Below, piece by piece: positions 60,901-64,000 of a DNA stretch of 64,000 nt. The stretch's first letter is position 1, and every line of letters starts with the position of its first letter. The notes below the pieces were generated by a model, which worked only from the letters and a program-made list of their open reading frames with translations, had not been told where the DNA came from and made no database searches. A program made the translations under genes and the position numbers. Source of the stretch: a bacterium. GTDB taxonomy: Bacteria > Electryoneota > JAOADG01. The stretch lies in contig OY820579.1 in NCBI GenBank assembly GCA_963681965.1, forward strand, positions 640,001-704,000, in the 5' to 3' direction.

Positions 60901-61404
60901 ACTGATTTCAACATTGATAAATTGAACGACTCCGTTGATATCGGTGTTGAATATTACATTCGGTGCGTATTTGGCGAGTGAACGCCATTTCGCTTCACTT
61001 TCGCGCAATTTCTTTTCGGTCGATTTCATCGCAGTGATGTCGCGGGCAACGCCGACAATAGAATCGACATCACCGTTGTCGTTAAACACTGGCGATAGAA
61101 TGACCATCAGTGTTCGAATCTCGCTACCGAGCTGCATCGGTGCTTCAATACGGAGAGATTCTTTCGATGCGATTACTGCTTGGATCACTTGCTGTTGGTA
61201 AGCGACAAATTCCGGTGGAAAAAAATCGGAAATCGACCGACCAAGTATTTCATTCGGTGACATCTGGAAGGGTTTGGCACCGGCAGAATTCATCATTACG
61301 TATTTCCCGGTCAAATCAAGCTGGAAAATAATATCATCGGTCGCTTCGACAATGGCGCGATAAGGGTTGTTTTTCGTCGATTGAAAAGCGGCTTCACCGG
61401 TCAT
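57907..61404 (-). CDS. Cytoplasmic hybrid sensor histidine kinase/response regulator (about 5 PAS + GAF + HisKA + HATPase + REC)
   Basis: Repeated RDIT/DIS PAS ends, [48 protein letters not shown], VVED...SDVIMP..SGY..FIQKPF. Confidence 0.93.
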   Translation of the reverse strand: [1165 protein letters not shown]

Positions 61405-61725
61405 GCGATATTCCTTTTACAACTACTGGACAACTAAGAGTAAAACAAGACATACAGGTGACTTATTACACTTGTTCGAATAAATCGAAACCACTGCTTT
61501 ATAGTGCTCACAACTCTCGGTTAGATTTGTTTATATAGCGAAATCACAGTACTAATTCAATGCCTCAGTGTTCCTTTTCACTTTTTTTTTTATTGTTCTA
61601 CTACTAATTACGAAACCACAATGTCCTGTAACATCAATAGTAACGTTAATTATATAAAACCAAGACATTACGCCTTTTAGCAGAAATCACTTATCTTATC
61701 CTCATTCAACTGGATGGACAATTGT

Positions 61726-64000
61726 ATGAGTACGAAACGCGAAATGCGTGAACATGCCGACGAAGTCAGCCGACTGCTTCCCATGATGCCAGTACGGGAT
61801 CTTGCGATTTTTCCGCAAACAATCGCACCGTTGCTGGTTAATCGTGATTTATCGCATAACGCGATCGAACAAGCACAGAAACAAAGCGGGCAAGTGTTGC
61901 TGTTGCTCGAACCGGAAAATGTCACCGACGATATGCTCCCCGGCGATTACCCCAAAATCGGTATCGTTGCACGGGTCCTGCAGGTACTCACGCTTCCGAA
62001 TAATATGACCAAAGTGCTGGTCGAAGGTCTTTTTCGCGCCGAGGTTGAGGAGTTTTTTGTCTCGAACACGCTTTGGCAAGCACAGTTCCATCCCATCATC
62101 ATTCGCGACAGCGATCCACAACAGCTTGAGGCTGCCCAACGGCACACACTCGATTTGTTTCGCCATTACGCCAGCTCGCAGCGTATCAACGTCGAAGAAG
62201 TGATTGCAGCATGCGATACATTTAAAGATTCCGTGCGCGTTGCCGATTTCCTCGCTTCGCACATCCAATGCCCCGCATTCCGCAAACAACCGTTATTAGA
62301 TGCCCCCACACAAATCGATGCACTGATTGCCGTTGCCACATTGATTACCAACGAAACTGAAATGGTGGTACTCGAAAAGCAGATCGAAGGGCAGGTTCGC
62401 GAACGGATCAATAAATCGCAACGACAATATTTTCTGCAAGAGCAACTCCGGCAAATCAAGCGCGAATTGGGCGAGACTGAAGATGCCGACGATTTCGGCG
62501 ATGTGATTCAGTATCGCAAATTGATCAAAAAAGCCAAGATGCCGAAAGAGGTTCGCGCGAAAGCCGAAGAAGAGTTGGAACGACTGAAACAGATGCCAAT
62601 GCTATCGCCAGAAGCGACGGTCGTTCGCGGTTATGTCGATTGGTTGATCTCGCTCCCGTGGCATCACCGCACCACCGATCGCGACAATATCGATGCCGCC
62701 CATGCCATCTTGGAAGAAGATCACTACGGTTTATTGAAGCCGAAAGAGCGGATTCTGGAATATTTAAGTGTCATCAAACTGGTCGGGAAGGTGCGCGGTC
62801 CCATTCTTTGCTTTGTTGGTCCTCCCGGTGTCGGCAAAACATCGCTCGGTCGATCCATCGCGCGGGCGCTGGATCGAAAATTCGTTCGGATGTCGCTCGG
62901 TGGAATTCGCGACGAGGCGGAAATTCGAGGACATCGACGTACTTATATCGGTTCCATGCCAGGTCGAATTATCCAAGGCATGAAAAAAGCCGGATCGAAA
63001 AATCCCGTATTCTTACTCGACGAAATCGATAAAATGTCGGTCGATTTCCGTGGCGATCCCGCCAGTGCATTGCTCGAAGTACTGGATCCGGAACAGAATA
63101 AAACATTCTCCGATCACTATCTCGAAGTCGATTTCGATCTATCCGAAGTTTTGTTCATTACCACCGCCAATTATCGCTCGGCGATTCCGGAACCGCTCTT
63201 GGATCGTATGGAGATAATCGAATTACTCGGTTATCTCCCTCCTGAAAAACTTCAGATTGCTCGACGTTTTCTAGTACCGCGCCAACTTACCGAACACGGA
63301 CTGACCGGCGATCGGCTGACGATCCCCGACAGCTCGCTGAAACGCATCATCGAAGAGTATACCCGCGAAGCCGGTGTCCGCGAGTTGGAACGCTCGATTG
63401 CAAACGTCTGCCGCAAGAGTGCCCGCCGAATTGCCGAAGGAAAAACCCAAGCGGTCGTCGCAACACCACGTTTGCTGCCACAACTGCTCGGTGTGCCGAA
63501 ATTCGTCGATAAACCGCTCGATGGAAAAGACCGTGTCGGTGTCGCAATTGGTCTGGCGTGGACACCGGTCGGTGGTGATGTTTTAAAAGTCCAAGTTGCG
63601 ATCACTCCCGGAAAAGGCAAGTTGGTGCTCACCGGACGATTGGGCGAAGTGATGAAGGAATCTGGAATGGCGGCGCTCACACTGCTGAAAGCTCGCCACA
63701 AAGAACTTGGATTGAGCTGGGAGCCGTTCGAAAAAAATGATCTTCACGTCCACGTACCGGAAGGGGCTGTTCCCAAAGACGGACCGAGTGCCGGCATCAC
63801 TTTGGCTACCGCGCTATATTCTGCACTTTCCGGTCGCAAAGTCCGGGGTGATATCGCGATGACTGGCGAGGTAACGCTTCAGGGTGAAGTCCTGCCAATC
63901 GGCGGGTTACCCGAAAAACTTATGGCAGCCAAACGCGCCGGGCTATCGCTTGTCATTATTCCCGAACAAAATGTCAAAGATTTGAAAGAAGTGCCGCCAC
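61726..64000 (+). CDS. lon: ATP-dependent Lon protease (runs off window end)
   Basis: Manual translation: [65 protein letters not shown] (catalytic Ser), IGGLPEK; absent from ORF track because no stop lies in the window. Confidence 0.96.
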   Translation, partial: MSTKREMREHADEVSRLLPMMPVRDLAIFPQTIAPLLVNRDLSHNAIEQAQKQSGQVLLLLEPENVTDDMLPGDYPKIGIVARVLQVLTLPNNMTKVLVEGLFRAEVEEFFVSNTLWQAQFHPIIIRDSDPQQLEAAQRHTLDLFRHYASSQRINVEEVIAACDTFKDSVRVADFLASHIQCPAFRKQPLLDAPTQIDALIAVATLITNETEMVVLEKQIEGQVRERINKSQRQYFLQEQLRQIKRELGETEDADDFGDVIQYRKLIKKAKMPKEVRAKAEEELERLKQMPMLSPEATVVRGYVDWLISLPWHHRTTDRDNIDAAHAILEEDHYGLLKPKERILEYLSVIKLVGKVRGPILCFVGPPGVGKTSLGRSIARALDRKFVRMSLGGIRDEAEIRGHRRTYIGSMPGRIIQGMKKAGSKNPVFLLDEIDKMSVDFRGDPASALLEVLDPEQNKTFSDHYLEVDFDLSEVLFITTANYRSAIPEPLLDRMEIIELLGYLPPEKLQIARRFLVPRQLTEHGLTGDRLTIPDSSLKRIIEEYTREAGVRELERSIANVCRKSARRIAEGKTQAVVATPRLLPQLLGVPKFVDKPLDGKDRVGVAIGLAWTPVGGDVLKVQVAITPGKGKLVLTGRLGEVMKESGMAALTLLKARHKELGLSWEPFEKNDLHVHVPEGAVPKDGPSAGITLATALYSALSGRKVRGDIAMTGEVTLQGEVLPIGGLPEKLMAAKRAGLSLVIIPEQNVKDLKEVPP

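Noticed and set aside
61484-61510. CIRCE (HrcA) element upstream of lon
   Set aside because: Only a half-site-like TAGTGCTCA; no matching left arm at 9-bp spacing.

Overview
64-kb chromosomal segment of a diderm, LPS-producing bacterium. The Por-secretion-tail/FlgD-like C-terminal domains and the sigma54-activator/lptE pairing suggest an FCB-superphylum lineage (inference). Left to right, mostly on the minus strand: the 5' end of ffh; an ADP-heptose/LPS core cluster (split rfaE1/rfaE2 flanking tRNA-Val(CAC), hldD, a WcaJ-like priming transferase, GT4/GT2/GT9 enzymes); an LMW phosphatase next to a degenerate Sua5-phosphatase fusion; lptE; two paralogous TPR proteins; a sigma54 activator lacking a sensory domain; a PurD-RNase Z-like fusion; and uvrB. 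The most striking locus (22.2-29.8 kb) is a co-oriented array of six paralogues: one full-length PilX-like minor pilin and five signal-peptide-bearing copies of only its globular domain, with signs of mosaic exchange. The right half is accessory-rich: OsmC, MntH-USP, six secreted proteins with sorting tails, lipocalin, a peptidase, acs, a TrmB regulator with a visible double operator, nitroreductase, an AIR-synthase-like gene plus thiL, a FadL-type porin, DUF6305 and DUF2339 proteins, a multi-PAS hybrid kinase and a truncated lon. Several REP/MITE-like palindromic repeats fill intergenic gaps. All family calls come from motif recognition by eye; no searches were run.
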